Shown here: piece after piece, positions 9,668-18,558 of the stretch
Layout: every line of letters starts with the position of its first letter
Numbering within the stretch: position 1 is the first letter of the stretch
Assembly (NCBI GenBank): GCA_018062385.1
Contig: JAGOSI010000002.1
Span: forward strand, 1 to 40,400
DNA length: 40,400 bases
Source of the DNA: Minisyncoccota bacterium
GTDB lineage: Bacteria > Patescibacteriota > Minisyncoccia > Phycocordibacterales > UBA918
Direction of reading: 5' to 3'
The notes under the pieces: generated by a model
Database searches by the model: none
The model's input: only the letters and a program-made list of their open reading frames with translations
What the model was told of the DNA's origin: nothing
Made by a program: the position numbers and the translations under genes

Positions 9668-10741
9668 TTAAGAAAATAGCAAGAGAAGAATTACCCCAAA
9701 TAAGGCTGTGATTATAGACATCGTGGCAAAGACCATCAAAACTGGAAACTCATTTTGTTTTCGACTGCGAACTAATCGACGACTAGAACCAGAAGTCATA
9801 ATTGTAACCGTACGTTTTATGTACATTTTTACACCAAAGTAAATAATCAAAAACAACACCACCAATGCACCAAAGGCTGGACCAACAATATTCATTGGTA
9901 GGACCCAAAAATTTACAGTGCTTGAAATTGTACTTTTTCTTCCATCATCACCATAACCCGCACTCAAAATAGCTTCATAACGACCAAATCCAGGCTGATC
10001 ATCGGTCCATTCAATAGTAAAATTCTCAGTGGCTTTTGGAAACACTCCAGACAAATCTTGATTAAATTGCAGAGTTGCCACTTTTTTACCAAACATATTA
10101 TATATCTCAAGAGGACCAGTTGGTTTTATCAAAGTATTACCCTCATTTTCTATTCTAACTAGAAAATCAATATCGATAGCTGAGTGAATAAAATCTTCAG
10201 TCGAAAATTGTCTAATCTGAGCTGACTCCAATACGTCTCCAGAAATTCTGATACTAATAATATTAGCTACCTCATAACCAATACTCGCTCCACTGGTTTT
10301 CATTTCTGGCGGTTCAACCGAAACCACAATTCCACCAAAGTGTCCTCCTGGTACAGCATTTTCTGGCACATTGAGAATGAAAGACACACTATGACTCATA
10401 CCCGCCGGAATCATTACCGAATCCTTTTCCAAAGTAATCCAATCACTAAGTTCATATCCTGTTTTCTGTGAGCTTGCACTCGCAAAAACAGGAACTCCTC
10501 CCTCCTTCACATCAATTATATCTCGCTTTGATAAATAAAAAGTTTGATCAACTGGACTCAAGTTCCTAAGCTCCACCGTATAAGTTTTTGTCGTATTTGG
10601 ATCAAGCTTATCCTCGACAATGGCTGGCCTAATACCTACACCGGCTACATCTTGAGCTAAAGATAAATTAAGGGTGAATAAAAAAAATAAACTAATTAAT
10701 AATAACTTAATAATTGGAACTGGGATTGATGCAAAATTCAT
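9668..10741 (-). CDS. Cell-surface protein resembling DUF916/DUF3324 (WxL-interacting) proteins
   Basis: Signal peptide, two beta-sandwich-like halves (..TYTVELRNLSPVDQTFYLSKRDI.. and ..FLVRIENEGNTLIKPTGPLEIYNMFGKKV..GRYEAILSAGYG) and C-terminal TM segments. Same size and topology as Firmicute DUF916 proteins. Motif-level resemblance only. Confidence 0.5.
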   Translation of the reverse strand: MNFASIPVPIIKLLLISLFFLFTLNLSLAQDVAGVGIRPAIVEDKLDPNTTKTYTVELRNLSPVDQTFYLSKRDIIDVKEGGVPVFASASSQKTGYELSDWITLEKDSVMIPAGMSHSVSFILNVPENAVPGGHFGGIVVSVEPPEMKTSGASIGYEVANIISIRISGDVLESAQIRQFSTEDFIHSAIDIDFLVRIENEGNTLIKPTGPLEIYNMFGKKVATLQFNQDLSGVFPKATENFTIEWTDDQPGFGRYEAILSAGYGDDGRKSTISSTVNFWVLPMNIVGPAFGALVVLFLIIYFGVKMYIKRTVTIMTSGSSRRLVRSRKQNEFPVLMVFATMSIITALFGVILLLLFS

Positions 10742-10839
10742 AAATTAACTAAATCATCATAGCATTTAGTGAAATCACTATTCATTTATATCAACAACAA
10801 AACTTAAATTTTGTAAGAAATGATTTCCAAGAAATAAAT

Positions 10840-10863
10840 AAAACACCCGCATGGGGTGTTTTA
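10840..10863. terminator. Rho-independent terminator after the WxL-like gene
   Basis: aaaacaccc-gcat-ggggtgtttt hairpin with T-rich runs on both strands (tttatttattt). Confidence 0.6.
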
Positions 10864-10881
10864 TTTATTTTAGAATCTTAA

Positions 10882-11970
10882 TTAGAAAGTCGGTGTAGCG
10901 ATGTACATCAATGTTGTATTGTAGTCATCAGCCGCTTCCTGTAGTGGTGTTACCTGTACTCGATAACCAACCTTTGCCAAACCATAATCTTGAGTGGTTC
11001 CATCAGCTGGACCTGTGTGTGAAAAGATCTGCCTTGGAGTAGTACTTGCCGCGACCCATCTATCCCCGCCCGAACCAACATTAAACTCATTACCAGCAGT
11101 GAGGCTTGAGTCGTCGGAAGTAAGACCCCAGTGTCCCCAAGTGTTTTCCAACAACAGAGATTCTGTAGGTACTGCCCATGCAGTCGGAGTATTGGTGTAA
11201 GCACCATCAATGAAACCATCAATATCTGCTCCAGTTGATGATTGTAAGTTTCCATCTTGTTGAACTGTTACCACAAAGCCATTTCTTGCATTAGTTGTTA
11301 CATTAAGCTGTTGAGCGAGAGTGTAAACTTCATCTGCATTTAACGTACCGAAGTCTAATGCTGTTGGAGTTGAAGCTCCTGTTGTTGAAGTACTGTTTAC
11401 TGATGTTGATGTAGCAAGACCAGAAACAACGAAATCAAAAGTTGTATCTATAACAGCAGTAACCTCTACGTAATCAACAATTGCAACTCGTGTCTTTCCA
11501 GTGTCTGCTGGAGTAGAAATAACGATTTCGTATGAAGTTGAGGCTGTTGCAGGATTGGTAATTTTACCATCAGCAATAATAACTCGTACGTCATCTGTAG
11601 CTGCAGCTGTTACTCCTGAAAAAGAGATAACTTGTCCTACTGCAGTAAATCCACTAATTGCATCTGGTGTTCCATTTACAGTAACTGTTAGGTCACCTGA
11701 AACTGTTGTTGTCACACCCGTGAACTCTACCGGGAAGGTAATAGTTGTAGTGGCAGCATCAGCAAGTGACGAAGCTGTTGGTATTGAAAACTCAATATCA
11801 TGAGCTGAAGTCACACTTGGACCAGAATCTGATAATGTATCACTAACGTCTGTTAGGTTAGCTGCTTGTGCGGTTGAATAAACTCCGAGTGACCAGAGTA
11901 TAGTTGCACACGCAACGAGCATCGCGACTACCCGGTGCGTAAAGCCAACTTGTGTTGGTATTACGAACAT
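10882..11970 (-). CDS. Secreted surface protein with WxL-like C-terminal domain
   Basis: Signal peptide ending AQA. Thr/Ser-rich beta N-terminal half. C-terminal half reads ALDFGTL..NARNGFVVTVQQ..TWGHWGL..DDYNTTLMYIATPTF, echoing the two-motif WxL domain and its ..Y..TLTWTL..P C-terminus. Confidence 0.5.
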   Translation of the reverse strand: MFVIPTQVGFTHRVVAMLVACATILWSLGVYSTAQAANLTDVSDTLSDSGPSVTSAHDIEFSIPTASSLADAATTTITFPVEFTGVTTTVSGDLTVTVNGTPDAISGFTAVGQVISFSGVTAAATDDVRVIIADGKITNPATASTSYEIVISTPADTGKTRVAIVDYVEVTAVIDTTFDFVVSGLATSTSVNSTSTTGASTPTALDFGTLNADEVYTLAQQLNVTTNARNGFVVTVQQDGNLQSSTGADIDGFIDGAYTNTPTAWAVPTESLLLENTWGHWGLTSDDSSLTAGNEFNVGSGGDRWVAASTTPRQIFSHTGPADGTTQDYGLAKVGYRVQVTPLQEAADDYNTTLMYIATPTF

Positions 11971-12180
11971 GTTTTATTTTTATTGATTTATTAAATAACT
12001 AAGATTTTGTATTCATTGATAAGGTGAAACAAAACCGTCCAGTTGAAGTTTCTGTGGAGACGGTGCGTAGGAAATTTTTTGAAAAACTCAGCCAATTTTT
12101 ACGACACCACTTCAACTGTCTATCTATATTATACATTTAACTAAGACAAAACGTCTTAGATCGGATGTTGATAACCTCTT

Positions 12181-12205
12181 AGTTTTGAGACAGTGTCTCA
12201 AAACT
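12181..12205 (-). terminator. Perfect 11-bp-stem hairpin downstream of umuC (with further hairpins at 12141-12159 and ~12243-12282)
   Basis: agttttgagac-agt-gtctcaaaact. No strong U-tract, so function is uncertain. Confidence 0.35.
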
Positions 12206-12294
12206 CATCCTTAAAAATAAAGAGTTTATGAAGTAATTTCAGACAAGCCTCTAAAAGTACATAAGATACACTTGTCTGTAAGCTAAATATTCTC

Positions 12295-13536
12295 CTAAGC
12301 CTTCACTGTTTTAAGCTCTGTCCATTTAGTCGTATAGGCTGGAGATAGATGTTTTTTATTAATCATTCTACTCTCGAAACCTTTGGGTAACCGTCCTAAT
12401 TCTAAACCCTTTTTGTATTTGGTATTAATAGCAAAAATTAAATCAGACAACTCTTGCGTTTTTTTACTACTTTTATCAGAAAATAGAGTTTCGGATACAG
12501 AGTCTGACGGTCTCAAACCAGAGACAATCACTCCGATTTTCTTATACGGGACACCATTTTTATAGGTATCTTTCAATAACTTGATCCCCTCTTTGGTCAA
12601 TAAAAATAAATCGTTAGTTGCTAAATCAAAGCTTACTTCCCTACTAAAACCTTGCATGAGAAAGTCGCCATATCGGCTAGGATACACATAAACACATAAA
12701 GTTTTAGCTACTAGATTTGAACCCAACAAATCCGTCGCTACCGAATGAATATGGCCAATTATCTCAGATTCAACAATTTCGTATTTATCAGTAGCAGTAG
12801 CCAACGATCTTGAACTCATAAGGCTTTTTTGTTGCTTGATTGAGCTGTCTACTGCCAAAGCTGAGACCCCCTTCAGTTCCCAGTACAGACGCTCACCATT
12901 TACACCAAAATTAACTCTAATGAAATTTTCTGGTAAATTTATATAATCCTCTACTGTTTGCAAGCCCAGCTTGATAAAGCTCTGCATATGACTTCGGCCC
13001 ACACCCCAGATTTCTGACAGCCTTATATTTTTAACCTCTCTACACCACTTTTCCTGATTCCAAACCTCAATTTTATGTGTCCTTTTAGCTACACGATTTA
13101 CATATTTTGCTTGTGTCTTTGAAGCGGCTACTCCAACCGAAACCGGTATACCAACTTCTTTTTCTATCCTTACTTTTAGTTTCGATAATCTATCTAATTC
13201 ATTTTCTGACGTTAAAAAGAAACATTCATCTATAGAATAGGGTTCTATATTATCAATTTCTGATTTAATGATTTCAAAGACACGAAATGAAATATCTCTA
13301 TACAAGGCAAAGTTTGAGGAAAAAACCGTTGCTCCAGCTTCTTTTAGTATGTCCTTTATCTGAAAATAAGGGACACCCATAGCAATACCCATGTCTTTTA
13401 TCTCCTGTGACCGTGCCACAACACAACCATCGTTGCCTGACAAAACTACGACTGGTTTATTTTTCAAATCAGCTCGAAACACCCGCTCACAGGATACAAA
13501 GAAATTATTACAATCTAATACCCCAATTTTCATCAT
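12295..13536 (-). CDS. umuC: Y-family translesion DNA polymerase, UmuC-like
   Basis: MMKIGVLDCNNFFVSCERVFRADLKNKPVVVLSGNDGCVVARSQE..FSSNFALYRD..YSIDECF closely parallels the UmuC N-terminus. The track start 13581 is a TTG inside a terminator hairpin, so ATG 13536 (or 13533) is preferred. Confidence 0.85.
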   Translation of the reverse strand: MMKIGVLDCNNFFVSCERVFRADLKNKPVVVLSGNDGCVVARSQEIKDMGIAMGVPYFQIKDILKEAGATVFSSNFALYRDISFRVFEIIKSEIDNIEPYSIDECFFLTSENELDRLSKLKVRIEKEVGIPVSVGVAASKTQAKYVNRVAKRTHKIEVWNQEKWCREVKNIRLSEIWGVGRSHMQSFIKLGLQTVEDYINLPENFIRVNFGVNGERLYWELKGVSALAVDSSIKQQKSLMSSRSLATATDKYEIVESEIIGHIHSVATDLLGSNLVAKTLCVYVYPSRYGDFLMQGFSREVSFDLATNDLFLLTKEGIKLLKDTYKNGVPYKKIGVIVSGLRPSDSVSETLFSDKSSKKTQELSDLIFAINTKYKKGLELGRLPKGFESRMINKKHLSPAYTTKWTELKTVKA

Positions 13537-13571
13537 AATACAATTATATCTCACTTGTAGATATTTATAAT

Positions 13572-13602
13572 AAAACCACAACCTTAAAGTGGTTGTGGTT
13601 TT
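13572..13602 (-). terminator. Rho-independent terminator after the GH18 gene
   Basis: aaaaccacaacc-loop-ggttgtggtttt, a 12-bp stem with a U-run on the minus strand. It lies between the GH18 stop (13621) and the umuC start. Confidence 0.65.
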
Positions 13603-13620
13603 ATTATAAATATTTAATTC

Positions 13621-14844
13621 TTATTTCAGATCCCATATTCCTTGGTCTTCCTCCCCGTCAATCTTAAAGAAGGCCACGCCACCAATTTTATACTTTTTTG
13701 CTAGAATGATTTTGTCTTTAGCTGCTTCAGCATCTGAAAAAGTAGCAAATCGTACTGTCACTTCCTGCTTAGTAGCATCAGCGAAGGCTAAAGCTTTCCC
13801 GGCATTTTCATAGCCCTTTGGAACATCCTTAGAAGTCGGCATTGCGGTCAAAATTTTGTAGACAGAAGTGGTAGGAAAATATGTGAAGACTTTTTCTCCA
13901 CTAGCTGCTCTACCCTGCTCAGTTTTGTATTCCTTGCTAAGCTCATTCAATCTAGGTAAATTCAATGTCGCGGCTTTGGTATAACCCTTATACCAGTTAG
14001 GAGCCACCTGAACATCCCAAACCCGTCCATAAGTAGGAATACCCAAATACACCTTTTCTTCAGGCAAATCATTCAAAGCCAGCTTTAACACCTTTTCCAC
14101 CCACTCCTTGTCAGCTACAGGCATGTATGGCAAACCAGCTCGCTTCTCGTTTAACTTAATATCCGCCCGTTGTTGATCATAAGCCATAATTTCTACTCGA
14201 TCACAATACTTACCAATCGCCTTATAGTCATTGGCATATTCAAGCTTATCTGGCACCTCCTTCCACAAAGACTCTGGTGGTGTACGAGCCTCAATGGCAC
14301 ACGTCAGCAACTTGGACCCTAGAGCTTTATTTAATTCCTGTAAGAAAACCGAAAAGTCCTTTATAGTTTTTGATTGCTTTTGTTCGTAATCAATATTTAC
14401 ACCATCATATCCACCCTTCTTAACCAAATCAGTAATTTGTTTGATATGGGCTTTTCTTTTACTTTTACTACTTAAGGTTTCATGAATATGCACCCCATCA
14501 AACCAAGCAATAGTAGGAATAACCTCTACCTCTTCTTTTTCAGCCAAACTTATAAATTTTTTCCACTCTTTACTTTTTAAGTCAGTTTTACTAATTATTT
14601 TCCCCTTACTATCAACCTCATAGACAAAAAGATAAGCAGTATCTAATTTTTTGATATTTTTTGTGGCACTGGATATACCTTGTTTATCCTGCCACCAAGG
14701 TATCCAGCCCGACATTTTTAGATTATCTTCAGACGCCTGAGCAAAAGAAGCCGGTGCCGTTAGGCTGATAAAAATTATTACAGTTATTAGAAAATGACCA
14801 ATTTTACTTGGTAGGGTTTGTTGTTTATTCATAATATATGTCAT
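13621..14844 (-). CDS. Secreted glycoside hydrolase family 18-like protein
   Basis: Signal peptide (..[12 protein letters not shown]). GH18 catalytic-type motif [11 protein letters not shown] (DxxDxDxE with N in place of the middle Asp), plus MAYD and [10 protein letters not shown] motifs. Confidence 0.75.
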   Translation of the reverse strand: MTYIMNKQQTLPSKIGHFLITVIIFISLTAPASFAQASEDNLKMSGWIPWWQDKQGISSATKNIKKLDTAYLFVYEVDSKGKIISKTDLKSKEWKKFISLAEKEEVEVIPTIAWFDGVHIHETLSSKSKRKAHIKQITDLVKKGGYDGVNIDYEQKQSKTIKDFSVFLQELNKALGSKLLTCAIEARTPPESLWKEVPDKLEYANDYKAIGKYCDRVEIMAYDQQRADIKLNEKRAGLPYMPVADKEWVEKVLKLALNDLPEEKVYLGIPTYGRVWDVQVAPNWYKGYTKAATLNLPRLNELSKEYKTEQGRAASGEKVFTYFPTTSVYKILTAMPTSKDVPKGYENAGKALAFADATKQEVTVRFATFSDAEAAKDKIILAKKYKIGGVAFFKIDGEEDQGIWDLK

Positions 14845-14883
14845 TGTATCACCTATGACGCACTGAAAGTTTTTTTCTTACAC

Positions 14884-15312
14884 CTAAAACACCCTCGCAC
14901 TACCAATTACAGTGCCCCAAATGAAACAATCATCATTATCTGTCAATACTATCGGCTCATAACCTTCTTTTTCAGAAAGTAAAAAAGACCCTTTGGTACC
15001 GGTACTTAATCTCTTTACCACCATCTCACCAAAAACCGCAGCCACCACAATACTTCCTGACACCGGTGTAACCGAGCGATCTACCACCAAAATATCTCCA
15101 GAAAATATCTTTGCTCCTTCCATTGAATCACCAGCCACCTTAACAAAAAAGGTCGCGCTAGGATTATCTACCAAAAGATCGTTAATATTCAAATAACTGT
15201 CAATAGAATCATCCCCAGGGATAGAAAATCCAGCAGCCGGACGTGACAAATAAAGAGGAAGATCTTCACTCAATGATTCTTTTACTGAGAATATTTTTAT
15301 AATTTTTGTCAT
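14884..15312 (-). CDS. umuD: S24 LexA/UmuD-like self-cleaving peptidase
   Basis: RPAAGFSIPGDD..ATFFVKVAGDSMEGAKIFSGDILVVDRSV..GSIVVAAVFGEMVVKRL matches UmuD (AGF cleavage region, Ser in GDSM, Lys in VKRL). ATG 15312 is preferred over TTG 15333, which overlaps the upstream gene. Confidence 0.8.
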   Translation of the reverse strand: MTKIIKIFSVKESLSEDLPLYLSRPAAGFSIPGDDSIDSYLNINDLLVDNPSATFFVKVAGDSMEGAKIFSGDILVVDRSVTPVSGSIVVAAVFGEMVVKRLSTGTKGSFLLSEKEGYEPIVLTDNDDCFIWGTVIGSARVF

Positions 15313-15319
15313 CTTGAGC

Positions 15320-16366
15320 TTAACCACCAGCAATTACGACATTATTGAGCAGAGAATAATGAATATAAAACAAACCGCTCATCAATAACAAAAGAAATAC
15401 TCCATAAGTCACTTGGCGAAAACGTTGCTGATAAAAACCTAAAAGTATTGAAGTAAACAATGCTAAGATCACCAATATTCCTAAAACCAAATATATCGAC
15501 TGTAATACTAAATTCGGTCTAGTGACCACCGAGGCTAACTGCTCACCGGAATTAAGATTATTGGTAGTTGCTAGTTCCTTCTCGGGGGGAGCGGGTAGCA
15601 AATCCGAAGTGGTAGCAATAAAACTTGAATTATCAACCTGTTTTTTTTCATCAATATTTACTCCGGCTACTTCTGGCTTCTCTGACGCTATCTCTCTATC
15701 TATTATCTCTTCGGTTGTAATTACTACTTCTTTTGATGGAATTTCTTCCTCTAAAACCTTTACTTCTTCTGATTTTGATAAAATAGGTGTTACCTTTTCT
15801 ACTCCCGGAGAACCAAAAAGTTGAACTACAAACACGGTTTCATACCCGTCATAAACTCCTCGAGCAGTACCGACGCCAATCTCTGTGAATTTTTGATCGA
15901 CAATGTTGGCTCGGTGTGTCGGTGAATCCATCCAGGCATCAATTACCGCTTTTGAATCTGAGAAATGAATAGCCAAATTTTCACCAGCATGAACATATTT
16001 ATATGAAGCTTGATCAAACCAATACCAAGGGGTAATACCGTCTGGGCTATAGTGAGCAAAATAGCTATTTTTAGCCATATGTTCCGCTTTCAAACGAGCA
16101 GCTTCATCTAATTTAGCATTTTTGGTTAGACTACCAATTGCCAAGTTGTCTCTCTCTTTATTGGTTAGATCTATAACAGTTGCTGGCAAGACTGCTCCCA
16201 CCAACCAATCAGAAGTTTGCCACCACAAGGCTTGGAGATTTGTCACAGCAAATGACATCAGAACTAAACCCACCATCAAACCCATTGCCATTTTTTGTAG
16301 AATGTGTGGGGAATGATTATTTCGTTTTGTTGGTAGTAAAAAATCTTTAATTTTCACACCTAACAT
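15320..16366 (-). CDS. Membrane-anchored CAP/SCP (YkwD-like) domain protein
   Basis: N-terminal TM, then a CAP-like core (LDEAARLKAEHMAKNSYFAHYSPDG..HAGENLA..AVIDAWMDSPTHRANIVDQKFTEIGVG). Acidic linker and C-terminal TM segments. Confidence 0.75.
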   Translation of the reverse strand: MLGVKIKDFLLPTKRNNHSPHILQKMAMGLMVGLVLMSFAVTNLQALWWQTSDWLVGAVLPATVIDLTNKERDNLAIGSLTKNAKLDEAARLKAEHMAKNSYFAHYSPDGITPWYWFDQASYKYVHAGENLAIHFSDSKAVIDAWMDSPTHRANIVDQKFTEIGVGTARGVYDGYETVFVVQLFGSPGVEKVTPILSKSEEVKVLEEEIPSKEVVITTEEIIDREIASEKPEVAGVNIDEKKQVDNSSFIATTSDLLPAPPEKELATTNNLNSGEQLASVVTRPNLVLQSIYLVLGILVILALFTSILLGFYQQRFRQVTYGVFLLLLMSGLFYIHYSLLNNVVIAGG

Positions 16367-16407
16367 TATAACAAATAATAAATCACACAGAACATGACCC
16401 TATATAG

Positions 16408-16445
16408 AAAACCCTCACATTCCAAATTTGGAATGTGAGGGTTTT
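16408..16445 (-). terminator. Rho-independent terminator after 16458-17558
   Basis: aaaaccctcacattcc-aaattt-ggaatgtgagggtttt, a near-perfect long palindrome with a U-run. Confidence 0.75.
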
Positions 16446-16457
16446 AACATTAAATAT

Positions 16458-17558
16458 TTATTTTACACAAACATGAGAAATTTTGTGGAAACGATGATAA
16501 TATCGATCTCCAACTTCCGTAGGTCCAGGAATATATACATGTCGATTTAGACCAAAACTTCGACGACCGTTGTCATTTCGACCAACCAAAATCACGCTTT
16601 TATACACATCATCGGCCTGCCAAACAGCTCCACCGTTAAATTTGTTGACCCAACGCGCATAACCACGTGGACAAACTGATGGTTTAGGATCAGGTTCTGG
16701 TTCTGGTTCTATTACTATTGGAACACAACTACCTGTATTGTCGTGCTTATAATTCGTCGGAACTTCACTTTGCGCTCCTTCTATGTTTGGACAAACATCA
16801 ACTACAGGCGGAGGAATCGGCACGCAATCACCTTCAGTATTTTTTACATACCCCTCTGGTACTACTGTTTGATTACCTTCTAAATTAACACATAAATCTA
16901 TCGGCGCGGGCTCAGTCACAATTTCTGTACAATTACCCGAGGCATCACTTTCATATCCGGTAGGAATTTCAACCTGTACACCTTCCAAATTCAAACACAG
17001 ATCAGGCAGTTCCGGTTCAGGCTCTGGCTCTGGCTCTGGCTCAGGCTCAGGCTCAGGTTCTTGATTTTCTTTTAAATTACCACTAAGGGAAATATTTTTT
17101 ACTTCAACTTTATCACTAGTTGAGGTTGAATTAGCACTAACTTCAATAAATAACACTAAATCAGCCGCTGAAGCGGTTTCAGGTAAAATCACACTCACTA
17201 CTCCATGTTCGTCTGTCGTGCTACCGGAAAGACCGAGGACGGTTCCAAGGATTTGTTTGTCACCACCACCAATTTGCCAGCCATAAGAAAAACTGTCTTG
17301 TCCAGTACTGGTGGCAAAACCATCAAGTGTAGTAGCGTCGTAACTAAAGGAAAAAGTTAAATCTGTATACAACAAAGAATCAACTGATTCGGAAACAAAG
17401 GGTTTATCTTGCTGAATCCGCTTTTCTGCCAATTCCATCAACACTGCGGAGGCCTCAGCCTTAAGAAAAGGAAAAACAACTAAACTAATAACTAAAACCA
17501 ACAAAGACAAAATCCCCAAAGACCATTTAAAAATTTTGGCCTCGAACAATAAAACCAT
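16458..17558 (-). CDS. Secreted protein with (EP)n linker and three ~33-aa Cys-bounded repeats
   Basis: Signal anchor. EPEPEPEPEPEPEPEPE run. Three repeats: LCLNLEGVQVEIPTGYESDASGNCTEI, LCVNLEGNQTVVPEGYVKNTEGDCVPI and VCPNIEGAQSEVPTNYKHDNTGSCVPI. Cys-containing basic C-terminal domain. Confidence 0.7.
   Translation of the reverse strand: MVLLFEAKIFKWSLGILSLLVLVISLVVFPFLKAEASAVLMELAEKRIQQDKPFVSESVDSLLYTDLTFSFSYDATTLDGFATSTGQDSFSYGWQIGGGDKQILGTVLGLSGSTTDEHGVVSVILPETASAADLVLFIEVSANSTSTSDKVEVKNISLSGNLKENQEPEPEPEPEPEPEPEPELPDLCLNLEGVQVEIPTGYESDASGNCTEIVTEPAPIDLCVNLEGNQTVVPEGYVKNTEGDCVPIPPPVVDVCPNIEGAQSEVPTNYKHDNTGSCVPIVIEPEPEPDPKPSVCPRGYARWVNKFNGGAVWQADDVYKSVILVGRNDNGRRSFGLNRHVYIPGPTEVGDRYYHRFHKISHVCVK
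17011..17060 (-). repeat. Hexanucleotide (Glu-Pro) coding microsatellite
   Basis: ggttcaggctctggctctggctctggctcaggctcaggctcaggttc encodes eight consecutive EP dipeptides. A second short EPEPEPDPKP run lies near 16680-16710. Confidence 0.9.
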
Positions 17559-17658
17559 AATTAAAACTTAAAATAATAATGTCGTAGACAGAATGTAACT
17601 ATGATTATAAATTCTAGACTTGATTTGTTTACACAGAGATTTGTGGATAGTTGCAAAA

Positions 17659-18558
17659 TTAGTCTATGAGCCTAATTTTTAAACGTTGAATTGGAGCAAT
17701 ATCAGCACACAAACTTGACCCTACTTTCAAACCTCCTGATCCGTCGTTAATATAAAAATAAGACAAGCGTTCTTCAATCATTTTCCTTTGTTCTCTTAAC
17801 TCATTGCTATTATAGTTGAACTCATACAGTCGAGGAAATACACCGCAAGCATGAAAGTAAGGCGGATTTACAGTCAAGACTTGCCCAATCATCCGAACCG
17901 ATCTTCCAGATTCTAAACTAGATCGCTCTTCCTCGCGTAAATCAGTCAGATTAATACGCCACTCAACCCCCTGCACATCGAGAAAAATCAAACCGTAAGG
18001 AAAAAAGTCTTCATGTTTAACAAAATTACCTACCAATCTCCCATTTTCAGGACTTTGCCATAGACGTTCCTCCATTTTTTCTTGTGACTCATAACCAGAG
18101 ACTGCACCACCAAGCCACTTATCAAAATTAAAACCAACTCCAATCATATGTAAAATCGCTCCACCCGCAAAACTCAAAATCAAACTACTACCTAAAACCT
18201 GCCACAAAGGATAACGGTAACCTCTCTTAGTATGACGTACGTTATAAACCGCAAATATAATCATGACCGTCAAAACCATAAACCACAAAAATGGCAATGC
18301 GTCCTCTACAAAAGTAAACAAATTATCGTGGGTCAATTCATAAAAGGCATACTGTTGATAGGAGACAACAAACAATGTCACAGCGATAGCTAAAGCGCCA
18401 ATAAAAGTACCTAAGAACCACAAACCCCAAGCCGAATAATCTGCCCAAACAAACCAAGACCGAGACGTGGGCGACATATTTTCGCTTTCCAGGCGATTAA
18501 GTACCGTTTGTTTCAGTTCTTTCTCTTCATTTTTCTTATCGTGCTCCATATTTTTCAT
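17659..18558 (-). CDS. Multi-pass membrane protein, candidate anti-sigma partner
   Basis: Start overlaps the sigma-factor stop in ATGA (18555-18558). About four TM segments plus a soluble C-terminal domain. No classical HxxxCxxC zinc anti-sigma motif, so the role is inferred from coupling only. Confidence 0.45.
   Translation of the reverse strand: MKNMEHDKKNEEKELKQTVLNRLESENMSPTSRSWFVWADYSAWGLWFLGTFIGALAIAVTLFVVSYQQYAFYELTHDNLFTFVEDALPFLWFMVLTVMIIFAVYNVRHTKRGYRYPLWQVLGSSLILSFAGGAILHMIGVGFNFDKWLGGAVSGYESQEKMEERLWQSPENGRLVGNFVKHEDFFPYGLIFLDVQGVEWRINLTDLREEERSSLESGRSVRMIGQVLTVNPPYFHACGVFPRLYEFNYNSNELREQRKMIEERLSYFYINDGSGGLKVGSSLCADIAPIQRLKIRLID

Noticed and set aside
13537-13581. N-terminal extensions in the ORF track (13581, 15333, 19201, 22211, 28454, 34205, 36946, 37760)
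   Set aside because: Most begin at TTG or GTG codons (36946 is an upstream ATG lacking an SD). They overlap upstream genes or terminator hairpins, or add residues before conserved N-termini. Internal ATGs give family-consistent starts.
15313-16457. LexA/SOS box upstream of umuD, the CAP gene or umuC
   Set aside because: Only an isolated GTTC half-site is seen. There is no GAAC-N4-GTTC or CTGT-N8-ACAG palindrome, so no SOS operator is claimed.
17011-17060. Possible CRISPR or other spacer-repeat array (also checked the 63-bp tandem at 27123-27248)
   Set aside because: Both are in-frame coding repeats without unique spacers. No cas genes and no repeat-spacer periodicity were found anywhere in the window.
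18555-18558. Alternative genetic code (UGA reassigned, as in some CPR lineages)
   Set aside because: TGA terminates the sigma-factor gene (18555) and the GIY-YIG gene (21927). All family-recognisable proteins are full length under the standard code.
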